DNA of 64,000 bases, taken from the NCBI RefSeq assembly GCF_964194155.1, contig NC_135904.1, positions 992,001 to 1,056,000 on the forward strand. Reading direction: 5' to 3'. Below the pieces are notes generated by a model that saw nothing but the letters and a program-made list of their open reading frames with translations, was not told the DNA's origin and searched no databases. The translations under genes and the position numbers were made by a program. Source of the DNA: Cetorhinus maximus (Eukaryota). This document shows, piece by piece, positions 50,952 to 62,950 of this stretch (position 1 is its first letter; each line of letters begins with the position of its first letter).

Positions 50952-53619
50952 GTGTATAAATTAAGCACTTACCAAACTGTGACATTTTTTACTTTGGCTA
51001 TTGTTAAAGCTTGACAGTGAACAGGTAAACTTAGAATGGTTTAAACAAATAACGGAGATTTCTAGAAAAAGCACAGAAACTGGTTACACATTCAGAGATG
51101 TGTGCGTAATCCAGAACTAGTACTATGTACAGAATCTGCAGCAGAAAAAATGCCAGATGGCATTTTGTGTTCTATTTAATAAATTTGGAGGAGAAACATT
51201 TTGGTGCAAAATATACTTTAATGGGTTGAAGTTTCTACCACACTGATCGTAATTGAGTGTGGCAGGATTTTAGAAACAGGAGGAAACAAGAGGTTTTCCA
51301 CCTTTCTTCACCTGACTTAAGTATATGTCCAGAGGTTCCAGTAGTCCAAGGATACTTGAACAAATGAAATTGTTTGTTCAGTCATGGAGTGCATTGCAGC
51401 TGAGCCAATCCCTTCGGCCAGATGTCTATATGTGCATTTGAAGGAGAAATCGCTGGATACCTATCAATAATCCTGGAGTTTTGAGATAAATTCAGCAGCT
51501 ACACTGTCACCCCAGCTGAGATCAAGGAACTCCAGTACAGAATGAAGCCTGTGATTTTCCAGGTCTTGTTATGGTTCAGTGCCTTATTGGATGGTATCTT
51601 TGCCACTTAACCATCAGGAGGATTTAGATTTTTTGTTAAATCATTCTTTCTGGGTTTCTTTTCATTTTCCTTTGTGTCTCCTGCATCCTCACAAAGGAAA
51701 GAACAGGATGTATTGAAAAATCAAAGCAAGGGATGTTCTGTCGTTAGAAACCAGCTGGAGCTGATACAGAACTTAAATGGCAACTGTACCCTGGTACATA
51801 AGTCGTTGCAGATGGCATTCTACCTATTCTCTCAATGAAAATGGGAAACTTCTGAGGGCTCTGCCAGAGGTTAACTGGGCGTGGGCTGCATCATCATTGA
51901 GAATCCTAGAAAGATACAGCACAGATGGAGGTTTAGTGTAATAAAAACAGAAAATGCTGGAAAACACTTTTGATCCTTATGTTGGGTTACAAAACGTATG
52001 ATACAAGAAGTATGTTGATACTAAAAATAAATCAAAACAAGACTTTTGTAAATGTGTTACTTCCTTTTCCATCCCATATATCGTACAGACTGTATTTGAA
52101 ATTTTATACTTCATATTGCTATTTGTTTGTACATAAATATTAGTTGCTTCAGTCTGATAAACCTAACCTGTGTTTAATCTCTGCCATTCCAAAGTGAGGT
52201 GGATAGCATAATGCAAAAATCCGTTTAATCCAGTGAGCTGATTCCTGTAGGTAGTGTACTTTTAATTGTTCATGGATAGCTACTCACTTTTAAGAGCAAT
52301 TTATTGAAAAGACTCAGCTTCTAGATTGTAGGAGACAACTCAGTTCATGGGAATAATTGTACAACTACTTTAATGAAAACCTAAATTGTAACACTTCTGT
52401 AAAAATTTCATACCCTCTAAAGTAAGGAAATGTAATGATACAAGCTTATGCACAAGCCACGGAGATTAGGAATTGGAAAAACATGAATCAATCCTACTTC
52501 TTAGGAAAAGGACAACAAGAGCTGTGACCAGTAACAAACTGTCTTGTACTTCATGCACATGGTTTTCAGTAAAATGGTCAAGGTTCAAGGAGATACTTTT
52601 GACAGCTTTTACCAACTCCTTCTGCTGAATCTGTTGGTTTATTCATACCTCCCAGAGGACAGTATAACTGACCAAGTGGATAAATTGGTCAAATATGACC
52701 AACTAGAAGATTTGATTTTAAGTTTTAAAAAAAACCATCTTCAAACACTTGCAAGAGGGCATGATGCTTCTCAATACTAATCTAAGTAATTCATGTAGCT
52801 AATGATTATAACCTAACCTAATAGAATGCCAGAGTTTTGTCTCTTCTACAATGTAAAGTATTGGAAATAAATCTTAGAGAAAAGAAGTTCCGTATTCAAC
52901 AAAATCAAAGACCATGAACATTCATTCTATAACAACACTCAATAAATACTTTCAGATCTGACAAGAATATTGGCATCAATAGTATCCTTTGCATTGTTTA
53001 TTCAGACAATAATGAAAGTACAGGACAGTAAAAATTTGTTCCTCACATGATGCTGAACCCTATTCATGCAATATCCCTAAAAACCTACAAAAATATTGTT
53101 TTTTCCAATACCTGTAAATGTTAAACTACTAACAGCTGTTTAGTGATTCAACTTCATCCAGGTATGACTTGTATTGGAACTGCTATGGAGTTAAGTTGTA
53201 GATCAGACTTATTCTCATTGAATGGCAGAACAGGCTAGATGGCTTCTTCCAGTTTCTATGTTACTTTTCAGCTCTACATAGCTCTAGAAGTTATAGGGTC
53301 TGGTATTTGAATCAATCAGCTGGAAGATTCAGTGCATTCAAATGTGTCCCTTATCAATGTTCAAACCTTTAATTATTTTCAGTTGCTTGCATCTGTGTGC
53401 TCTTTTTCCAACCCTGTATACTTGTTAGTATTCCAGGATGTCCTAGTGGCAACTAATATTTAAAATTTTGGATAACAAACATATTTAATCATCAAATATC
53501 TACTTGCCAAAATCTTCCTAATTTTAAAGAAGCCAAATCATACAATTACTTTTATGTTTAACTGCATTTAGCTTTTCTAGTACATTTTAGAAATACATTT
53601 TAAAAAGATATTTTAGTGC

Positions 53620-53760
53620 TTTTTTTATTCATTCATGGGATGTGGGCACTGCTGGCTAGGCCAGTATTTATTGCCATTCCTAATTGCCCTTGAGAAGATG
53701 GTGGTGAGCCGTCTTCTTGAGCTGCTGCAGTCCATGTGGTGTTGTAGGTACACCCAGAGC
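53620..53760 (-). mobile_element. LINE 3' end fragment
   Basis: TTTTTTATTCATTCATGGGATGTGGGC...GGCTAGGCCAG block. Confidence 0.8.
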
Positions 53761-54046
53761 TGGTAGAATTAATTGTATTCTAGATAGCTTCATAGAAATT
53801 AGTTAATTGTGTTGGGTTTTCCTGTTATTAGACCAAATTTAATCAACTGTAAGACTAATGCTGACTTCATGTATAGTTTTTATTATATTAATCATTAACT
53901 GACTGGTGATGTGATGGATTTGAAGAGCAGTTGCTCGGTTTCGCTTCAATGAAGGTAATAGTCATGGCAACCTGCATGAAGTACTTTTTCCTGTGGAGTT
54001 TTCCAAACCTGTAAAGAAAGGTAAAACCAACCTCTCCTACCTAGGA

Positions 54047-54144
54047 CAAAAACAGAATTACCTGGAAAACTCAGCAGGTCTGGCAGCATCGGTGGAGAAG
54101 AAAAGAGTCGACGTTTCGAGTCCACATGACCCTTCAACAGAACG
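54047..54144 (-). mobile_element. Solo Penelope-associated terminal arm with hammerhead-like motif and ~17-bp TSD
   Basis: Same arm as 2353-2455; ACCTCTC(C/G)TACCTAGGA at 54030-54046 and 54145-54161. Confidence 0.75.
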
Positions 54145-54274
54145 ACCTCTCGTACCTAGGAGTCTGAGTGAAGGTGATGGGATTGAGTCCTGACCAATTT
54201 TTGATTCTACCTGAGGGTACAGGTGTGTCGAGGACTTTGGCTTCTCCTGGAGGGGTTGGTCAGCCTGGCTCTAG

Positions 54275-54400
54275 GGGGCGCGCAACCGAGACTCCGGTTG
54301 GCTCCTGATAAACCCCGCCCTTTCTACGCGCTGATTGGATATCCATGGCTGCCAATCAGATGACGTGAGGGGGGGTGGGGGGAGCTGGCTATTCGGGCAG
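54275..54400 (+). promoter_or_regulatory. PDCD7 promoter
   Basis: GC box CCCCGCCC 54313-54320; opposed CCAAT boxes at 54331-54338 and 54352-54359; CRE-like TGACGTGA 54361-54368. Confidence 0.7.
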
Positions 54401-54402
54401 AG

Positions 54403-56334
54403 ATGGAGCGGCCGCCACCATTTTATGCTGGTCTTCCCGAGCGGCGCCATGGGCCGCCCGTGCCGCCGGCTGCGGCTTTCACCCCGCAGAACCAAGGCCG
54501 AGACTCCTTTTATAACCCTGGGAGTAGGAGTGAGGAGAAGCCTGGTGCCGCGTTCCCTCTCCCCCGGCAGCATAGCTTCCCTGTCCCGGAGAGGGGCCTG
54601 GCCCAGAGCCGGGCTGCGGCCGGCGGAGACTGGGGGCCGCCTGCTCCCCTCACCGAGAGTTACCTTCAGCCCGGCCCGGGAGGGCCTGCTCCGGCTGTGG
54701 GCAGGGCGGAGCCGTTAGAAGAGCACAGCCAGCAGCAGCAGTGGGATCAGGGGCATCGAGAACACCCACAGGACCACCAGCGGAACTACTCTCACCCGCA
54801 GTGTCCATCCCAGCCATGGGGCCGTGCCCACCCCCCTCACCCACAGGGTCAGCAACACCGAGACCACCCCCCTCACCCACAGGGTCAGCAACACCGAGAC
54901 CACCCCCCTCACCCACAGGGTCAGCAACACCGAGACCACCCCCCTCACCCACAGGGTCAGCAACACGGAGATCATCATCCTCACCCACAGGGTCAACAAC
55001 ACCCAAACCACCGCCCTCACCCACAGGAGCAGAGTCAGCAACTTGCAAACCACCCTCCTTACCCATTGAGTCAGCAACATCGAGGCCACCCACAGAGTCA
55101 GCAACATCCAAACCACCCTCCTCACCCACAGGGCCATCAGCATCTGGACCATCTGTCTCTCTCACAAGGACATGAGCGCCCTCCTCACCCATGGAATCAT
55201 CACCACCAAGGTCAAACTCCCCACCTGCAGGGCTACCCTCCCCTCCCTCAGGGTCATGAGCAGAAGGAACGTCTGCCCCAAGTGCAGGGATATGAATGCA
55301 GGGACCAAGCTAGTTTCCCACAGGGATTTTCACATCCGGACCGGTCAGCTGATCAATATCAGGAATGCTATCCTCAGCAGGGACAGTCGTATCATCGTCC
55401 TCAACCTCCATATCAACACGAACACCCGGATTCTCAGCAACAGTATCCATTCCGGGAACGTTTACATCCTGAGCAATATCCACCCTTCTCTGAGAGAACT
55501 GGAGTTGCCAACAATGTACCACCTCACATCCACAGCATGTCTTCCCAGCCTCAGAACAGTTCCTGCCAAGACCAAAACTTGCTTCGTAGTGAAACTCCTA
55601 ACTTACCTGCTGGGTATGGACCTCAAAATTCTCAGTTAATAAATCACAGCATCCAGAATAATCAGCAGAACTTTCCAAATTCATCAGGGGAGATGCCACC
55701 TTGGGAAAATGATCACAGCATGCAGTATAACAATGAAAAGATGGGAACACCGTGGCCCAGTGTTGCTAATTTCCCACAAAACCTAAAAGACATCAGTGTG
55801 GAACAATTGCACAGAAATGACTTGATGACCAGGAAGTCATCATCAGACCAATTCTCTCATAATTTTAAATGTAATGAACCTCTAAAAGAGCAAGATGAGT
55901 TATGGCTTACAAGATTCTTGTCAAAACGTAGGGTGCAACCTTCCGAGATTAAAAAGCCCAAATCTTTCCCGTTAGTTAGTGAAGTAAAGGAATCGGTGCT
56001 TAGTGCTTGTAAACTTGTCACTGAGCTAACTGCCTTATGTCAGCAGTTAAGGCATAATGTGGAAAATGAAGTAGTCTGGACTGAATCCTATCTAAAAGCA
56101 ATTGAAATAAAGACTGCTTTACAGGAAAAACTAAAGACGTTAAACGACAGTGACTACCTCAGTGCTGTGAAAAAGAAACTGGAAAGAATCAAAAAGAAAA
56201 GAAGCAACATTCAACGGAAGAAGCAAGAGTGGCGGTTAGAAAAACAAGAGGAAGAGGCAAGGGCAGCAGAAAAAGAAGCAAAAATTGATGAATGGAGAAT
56301 GAAGTGTGTCCGAGAAGTTGAAGAAAAAAAGAGG
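54403..56334 (+). CDS. PDCD7: PDCD7 (U11/U12 snRNP 59K protein) exon 1, 644 codons
   Basis: Pro-rich N-terminus, then ...EAKIDEWRMKCVREVEEKKR|GTATTT, continuing in phase with exon 2; lies downstream of CLPX on the same strand as in human. Confidence 0.9.
54829..55200 (+). repeat. Coding 36-bp tandem repeat (HPPHPQGQQHRD)
   Basis: Three identical units at 54829-54936, two near-identical units to 55008, then degenerate copies. Confidence 0.95.
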
Positions 56335-57923
56335 GTATTTAATTTTATCTTTACTGCATTGCATGTGTGATTGGGGCACAGTGATTTGCACAGCTTAGCA
56401 ATTGTAAGATCCGGGCAGTAACAAACATAGACATAAATACAAATATAGATTTGAAGTGTGCCAATTACTTAGTGCTGTAAATGCATTAAATCACACTGGC
56501 CATACTGTTTCCTTCATTCAGAACTAATGATTAGGAAGATATTGAGGATAGTCTAGTTTGTTACTACTACAGATAATTGCACTGTACTGCAGTTCCTCAG
56601 GTGCAGGCAACTGCCTGATGGCCATTTTCAATCTATGAACCTTGATGGCAACTTCTTGTCAGACTCGTCAAACCCAATTCTCAACCAGGTTTGGCATGCG
56701 CTATTTGCAGCAAAGGCCACTGGATAATAATCAGAAATGACCAGCCAGGCATATTCTTCTATTTCTAATCTAGATGTAATAAGAGGAATTGTTGCACCCC
56801 AGCAGCTGCCCAGCACAGAGATGGAAACTAGTTCTTCTGGCTTGTGTAGTTCAGTACCACAAAGCCAGCTTTAATGGGTGGATAAAATACAGACAGTTGA
56901 TAAATTTACAGTTGGTTCAGCTGCTTAATCCTTACTTAACTATGGATGCACTTTGTATTACACATAGTTTATTCAATTGTAAACATAGAAATACGATCTG
57001 GACAAGTTTAATACAGTTCTTCAGAAGACTGCTAAAGTTACAGTAAGTTACATACACTGTGTTTGAGCCTTTAGTCCTTGCATACATGTTGTACAGAATA
57101 GTCTCAGCAGGGATTTATTATAAGTTATCCAATAACTTGTCCCGTTTTGTTGATTTTAATCTGTTTTAAAGTTAAATAGCTTCCATGTGTAGTCAAATGC
57201 AGTGTTGCTAAGAATGAATGGTCACTGTAGAAATTCTTCAGAATTGTGTTTTATACAGCATAAAAATATATTAAAACTGTTGCTCTATTGTATCACTGTC
57301 ACAGTAATTTACCGAAGATGTTTTTGCCATAATCTTTGTTTTCTTGTTCTATCAAATTGTTAAATATAGGAAGAGATATTCAGGCTTTGGACTTATCAGA
57401 AACCTAATGAACTTGGGGTGTTATGTTATACTAGTGTATTGTCATGGTTTTGGAGGAAAATTAAAATTCAAAGGATTGATGAATTATAAGGTAACAGTTT
57501 CAACTTTGCAACAACCCACCTTAGACTTTTAAGAAACTTATATGACAGCTAGTACTCTCATTCTCATACACATTTTGCTTATAGAAGCCACAAGGATGGT
57601 TGGTGTAGTAAATGAATATGCGCAACATGTAATCAAGGAATTGCTGGGGGAACTTATCAAGCCCATTAAGTGTTTGCAGAAATTTCACTTTTTAAAAAGC
57701 AAAAGTTAGAAAACATACCTGTTAATTCAGTGAACCAATGGAGGTGTGGAATTTGCAATAGACTTTCTTGGATTAATCAGTGGAAGAGATGTCATGGTAC
57801 TGTAGATAGTTTGTGGAAAGAATAGGCATTCCCTGTTTCATCTTGTTTAATATTTTGATTTACACCAGCACCACTTTGGATATTCTGTTGTTCAAAGCAA
57901 CAATATTTATTTTTGGTTTGTAG

Positions 57924-58062
57924 GAACGTGAACTGAAAGCTGCAGCAGACAGTGTCTTGTCAGAGGTGCGGAAAAAACAGGCAGATGCAAAACGACTAGT
58001 GGATATCCTGCGGGCACTGGAGAAGCTGCGGAAACTGAGGAAGGAAGCTGCAGCTAGAAAAG
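57924..58062 (+). CDS. PDCD7: PDCD7 exon 2
   Basis: ERELKAAADSVLSEVRKKQADAKRLVDILRALEKLRKLRKEAAARK. Confidence 0.95.
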
Positions 58063-59748
58063 GTGTGTTGGTAAAAAGGAAGTGGCCCACATACAGGCAT
58101 GTATTTTCAACTTTCGTCCAACAAAGCTTTTCTACAGGGCCTGAGATTGCTGCTTCATGTATGTCAGTCTTGTGTGACAGCCAACGACTTTGCATTACAC
58201 TGATAGACTGTCAAGAGCTCAACACTTTATATCACATTACACAGTGTAGAATGCCAATAGAAAGCTTTTATACAGCACTGCTGTTTATGGCTTAAACGAT
58301 CGCTATTCAACCCATCCTGCCTGTGTTGATTCTTTGCTAAGAAGCTAGAACTAACCCTACTTCATTGCCCCTTATTTTCCTCTTTCAAATGTTTATTTAC
58401 TCTTCCCTTAAAAGATGCAATGGTCTCTGCCTCAACTACTCCATTTTACTATTCTGCAGATCGTTTCCCAGAGAACATTATCGCCTAGCACTATGATTCA
58501 CACAAAAGATTGCAATGCACAATTTACAATGCTTTGCTGAACCCTGGTTAAAGTATGTATTAGGCCACAAAATACTGTAAGATCATTCTTTGGTAAGTTG
58601 ATCTCAGCAGTAACTGGATCACTGCTAGTTATCTATTCTTTCAGTTGCTTTCTGCAAACATGGTACCAAATATATACAAAAAATAAGTACTGGTATTTTC
58701 ACAGGTGTGCTTTCAAGTGCTGGAATGGCAAAGTGACTTCCCCAGAAAACACAGCAGGTTTATGCCTGTGTCCTTAGAGTTATGCACTTCCATTCGAACT
58801 TTTAACTCCAGTGCATCTTAAAAATGCAGTATGTACATAAGAACACACAAATGTTCAGAAATAAGGAAAGGGAATTTAGCACGTAAAAACTCATTCTGCA
58901 AGCACATTAATTTCCCCGTTAGGCTATTCGCTTGTATTTTGTACATAATAATATGCCTCATTAACCCTGATTTTGCCAAAGGACCTGTAGAACACAGACT
59001 ATAGTGGACCCCTGTGCTGGTAGTCTCCAACCTTTAACCTCTTGACTACCAGATAGTTGTCTAGTTAACAAAACGTGTTTACACCACTTATTCATTAAAT
59101 TAAACCTCATACTGCAAATATATAAATGTTTTGTCTTTTTAAAAATATTAATAAATTAATTTATATTCTATAAATTTATAGAAAAAATGTAATTGGAAAC
59201 TAACTTCATTTTTTCCCTTTTGAAACTAAATATTATGTATTATCGGAAATATTTATCTACATCTAGTATTTGATTTGCAAAGCTGAGAACCTTACAGCTA
59301 TTTGAAAAAGGTCATGTCTTGTGTTTGATAAGGCATTTAGTTCATGTGATTTTATGCAACATGAATATGAACACAAACTCTACAAATAGACTAAGGATAG
59401 AAAAATATGCTGATCTGTTCTTGCACAAATCCTGTGTGGAGGATAAAAGATGCAGTGAATTTTGAATATTCTAGCACATGGAAACCTTGACCTGATTGAG
59501 TAACAAATGTGTTCTGATGTATTATCCTAGTGCAAGACTGAAACAGGGACCGTTTTTTGTCAGTCTTCGTAGAAATGTTGTTTTACACTTCCAGTCCCTA
59601 CTCTGTAACTTTGGTGGAATAAACCCATAGGCTTTGATAAATTCTGAATCCTACAATTTCGTGATACTAGATTGCACTATAATGGATGTTAAAAATTGCA
59701 AAGGTTTACGCAGTAAAGACTCAAGCTAATGAGCACGGTTTTCTTAAG

Positions 59749-59961
59749 ATAAAAGCAAATTACCTGGGATGCTGGAAATCTGAAATAAAAACAGAAAATT
59801 CTGGAAAAACCCAGCAGGTCTGACAGCATCTGTGGAGAGAGAAACAGGGCTAATGTTTCAAGTCTGTATGAAGAAGGGTCATACAGACTTAACTCTGTTT
59901 TTCTCTCCGCAGATGCTGTCAGACCTGCTCAGTTTTTCCAGCATTTTCTGCTTTTATTTCA
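59749..59961. mobile_element. Short fold-back Penelope-associated element with 11-bp TSD
   Basis: ~59780-59870 is the reverse complement of ~59878-59962; GTTTTCTTAAG at 59738-59748 and 59962-59972. Confidence 0.75.
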
Positions 59962-60045
59962 GTTTTCTTAAGGTTTTGTACCAGTTTAACTGTAACAATA
60001 TAATTAAATCAATCTGACGATTCAATTGCTGTGTTACTTGTACAG

Positions 60046-60282
60046 GTGTTCAACCTCCTCCTTCAGCTGATGAAACCTTTGAACATCATATTGAGAGGCT
60101 GAGAAAACTAATTAAAAAACGCAGTGAATTGTATGATGCAGAAGAGCGAGCCCTGAGAGTTATGCTAGAAGGAGAACAAGAAGAAGAAAGAAAAAGGGAA
60201 AATGAGAAAAAGCTGAAGAAAGAGAGAGATAAACTAGAGAAACAGCAACGTGAAGTGGAATCCATGATGTTTGGAGATCCAG
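60046..60282 (+). CDS. PDCD7: PDCD7 exon 3
   Basis: GVQPPPSADETFEHHIERLRKLIKKRSELYDAEERALRVMLEGEQEEERKRE...MFGDP. Confidence 0.95.
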
Positions 60283-60430
60283 GTATTTGTTTCCCCCTTT
60301 TCTATTTCTCCTTTTTAATATAAATAAATTCATTTTTTAAAACAAACTGCATTATTATAATGGGCAAGTTAGATAATTGGTCTTTGTTCTACTGAGGATC
60401 TAGTAACTGAAGACTAATGTAAAATTATAC

Positions 60431-60592
60431 AACGTTAACGTTTCAGATTGAAGACCTCTCACAATACTCTGATGACAGATCATCCACCTGAAACATTAAC
60501 TCTTTTTCTCTGCACAGATGCTTCTAGGCCTGCTGGGTATTTTCTGCATTTTCTATTTTTATTTGGTTCCCAGTATCCGCAGTATTTTGCTT
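60431..60592 (+). mobile_element. Decayed Penelope-associated arm with CTGATGA...GAAAC hammerhead-like core
   Basis: CTCTGATGACAGATCATCCACCTGAAACATTAACT at ~60467-60501, followed by the family arm sequence. Confidence 0.6.
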
Positions 60593-61745
60593 TAAGTTAC
60601 TCAAGTCTAACCTATGACTAACTTGGAAGGTTTCATGATGATTGCTAATTGTAGATAGATCCAGACCATCAACAAAAGAAAAACTTGCATTTATAGAGCA
60701 CGTTCTGTGACCTCGGGATGTTTCAAAGTGCTTTGATACCAGTGTAGTACTTTTGAAGTGTGGTCACTAATATGGTACAATATACATTCTATGTTAACAT
60801 TTCACTGAGTGTTATTTGGAGTTCCATCAAATTGCAGAAATGCAGGAACCCACTGCAATCTTATTTTACAACTTAAATTACTGATATCTGATATCAGATG
60901 TCTGAAAAATTACCAATGCTGATTTTTGGGGATCTCAATAATTTGTTCTTTTGAGTTAGCATTGTCTACATTGCCATATGTTATCTTAATATATGGGCTC
61001 CTGGTAATAGTTAATTAAAACATGATGTGCCCATGAAATAACCTTATTACCATTTGCTTATTTTCTATTCATCCATGCCAATTGCTGTTTGCTGTGTTTT
61101 GCTAACTAGCAGCCAATCTCAGTCACTGCAGGACTGCAAATAGAATTGTGGCTCACACACGAGAACAATTTTATTCTTCCTGTCTTTGCACACGGGAGAC
61201 ATTAGTACTCCATATCCCTTGTGATGAAGAATGTTTCATGACTGATGACAAATAGTTAAACTGAGAGATTTTTCCCCTTTTGTTACAATAGCCCAAATAC
61301 AATGTGTAAAGATATCCAACTAAAGTAACAGTGATTGACACTCCACCATTACCACTGTTGCTGAAGAATCCACCACTTTTTGAAGAGATTAGAAATAGCA
61401 TTTTATGCTATTATTGAGTTACATTTATTTAAGATTTCCTTTTGTTGTACGAAGTGAAACTTTAACAGGACCTTTTCGCATTTTAAAGATCTTTATAAGG
61501 ACCAGCCTTGTTGTGTACATAGCCTTACATCAGTCTCAAGTAAAATTTATTCCTCATTTTTTAAAAAAAAACCTTATTTAAAAGAGCTCCAGGGCGCAAC
61601 TGGATTAAAACAGTGCAACTAAAGATTCTGAAGGGTTGGACCTCAGTGGAACACCAAACTAAATTAACGTATTAAATTATCATTGCTATGGCATACTAAA
61701 AAAGAAACACCAAATGATTTGTTTATTTTTTACTTCATTCAATAG

Positions 61746-61830
61746 AATTACCTTCAGACCACCCACTGCAGCCATTTCGCCAATATTATCTGCAAGCTGA
61801 GCATTCTTCACATGTGCTTGTGCAAATCAG
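61746..61830 (+). CDS. PDCD7: PDCD7 exon 4
   Basis: ELPSDHPLQPFRQYYLQAEHSSHVLVQIR; donor AG|GTAAGG. Confidence 0.93.
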
Positions 61831-62749
61831 GTAAGGATTAATGAATATGTTCATATCTGGAGCCTTCATATATGTTGGCATCATTATGTGTAATTGGTAC
61901 CCCTAAAACAAGGAACAGAAGGAATGTTTACTCAAACTGTTTGAATATTTCACACAGCTCAGATTATTAATGTTATCACTTTTTCCAAATGTATCTTATA
62001 AACTAGAGCAGCTCCTGCAGAATGGGATGAATTGAGGAAGGAAATGGTCCTCTTCAGCTGAGGGCAGTAATTTTTGCTAGTACAGTACCTCAGAGTTGAA
62101 GGTGATGACAGAAATTGGTCTATAATTTTCACACGGAAAGCGATCATTTTGCACTATTAATTTGGCAGTAATGAAGTCACCAAGACCCTAGCTGTTTATA
62201 AAAGGAAATTATTAGCCATCTGACACTGGTGCTTAGAGACAGGCCAGCCTCCACCTCTTACTCTTTTCAGGATGTTTTTCTGTAGCAGTTCATTTATCAT
62301 CTGTCATTAAAAATTAGTTATTTTTCAGATGGGTCACTTACAATGCTCAGTAATATTTACCAGACTCTTATGTCAATTTCCAAAGGATAGAGTTGCCATG
62401 TTTGTTACCTGTTTCTTCATGCAGAGAGCCATGCCTTCTTTCTACATTCTAATGGAATGATCGAGTAATCTACCATTGTGGTCACCATGCTCAAAATAGT
62501 TGGTTTTACTTTTATTAAATAGGTATCCTTTTTTTTTTTCCTGTTTGAGATTAAGCAGAATCTTTTAGCCCCCATCAAAAAACTCGTGAAGTAATATTGC
62601 AGGTGCTATTTGAAACCTGCCTTGCGATTAGTGCGAGCAGGCAGAACTGATTTATACTTGTGATGAATACATAATGGTGCAGTTCTGAATATATAGGATA
62701 TGGTGACTACTGTAATTGGATTTAATGCTTTTCTTTCTCTCCTTGTTAG

Positions 62750-62879
62750 ACAAGAATGGGATCGATATCTTGTGCCAGGAGATCATCCTGATGGAAGCAG
62801 TATTCCCCAGGGCTGGGTCTTTCCACACCCACCCTCTACTGCCACATGGGCAACTGCACTCAAACAGAATGAGAGTTGA
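62750..62879 (+). CDS. PDCD7: PDCD7 exon 5 coding part with stop
   Basis: QEWDRYLVPGDHPDGSSIPQGWVFPHPPSTATWATALKQNES*; summed CDS 2523 nt, in frame. Confidence 0.94.
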
Positions 62880-62944
62880 TGCTGTTCAACAGTTTGCTCT
62901 GTGGCTGAAGTATTTTGTCGCCAATTAGTATCTCTTTTATATTT

Positions 62945-62950
62945 AATAAA
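62945..62950 (+). terminator. Candidate PDCD7 polyadenylation signal
   Basis: AATAAA ~65 nt after the stop codon. Confidence 0.5.

Noticed and set aside
52982-52990. Second GTATCCTTT U12 donor motif
   Set aside because: Intergenic with no associated exon; kept only as evidence that the 9-mer can occur by chance
54650-55639. Overlapping ORFs in several frames and both strands in PDCD7 exon 1
   Set aside because: Explained by the stop-free 36-bp repeat; only the 54403 frame joins the conserved PDCD7 domain
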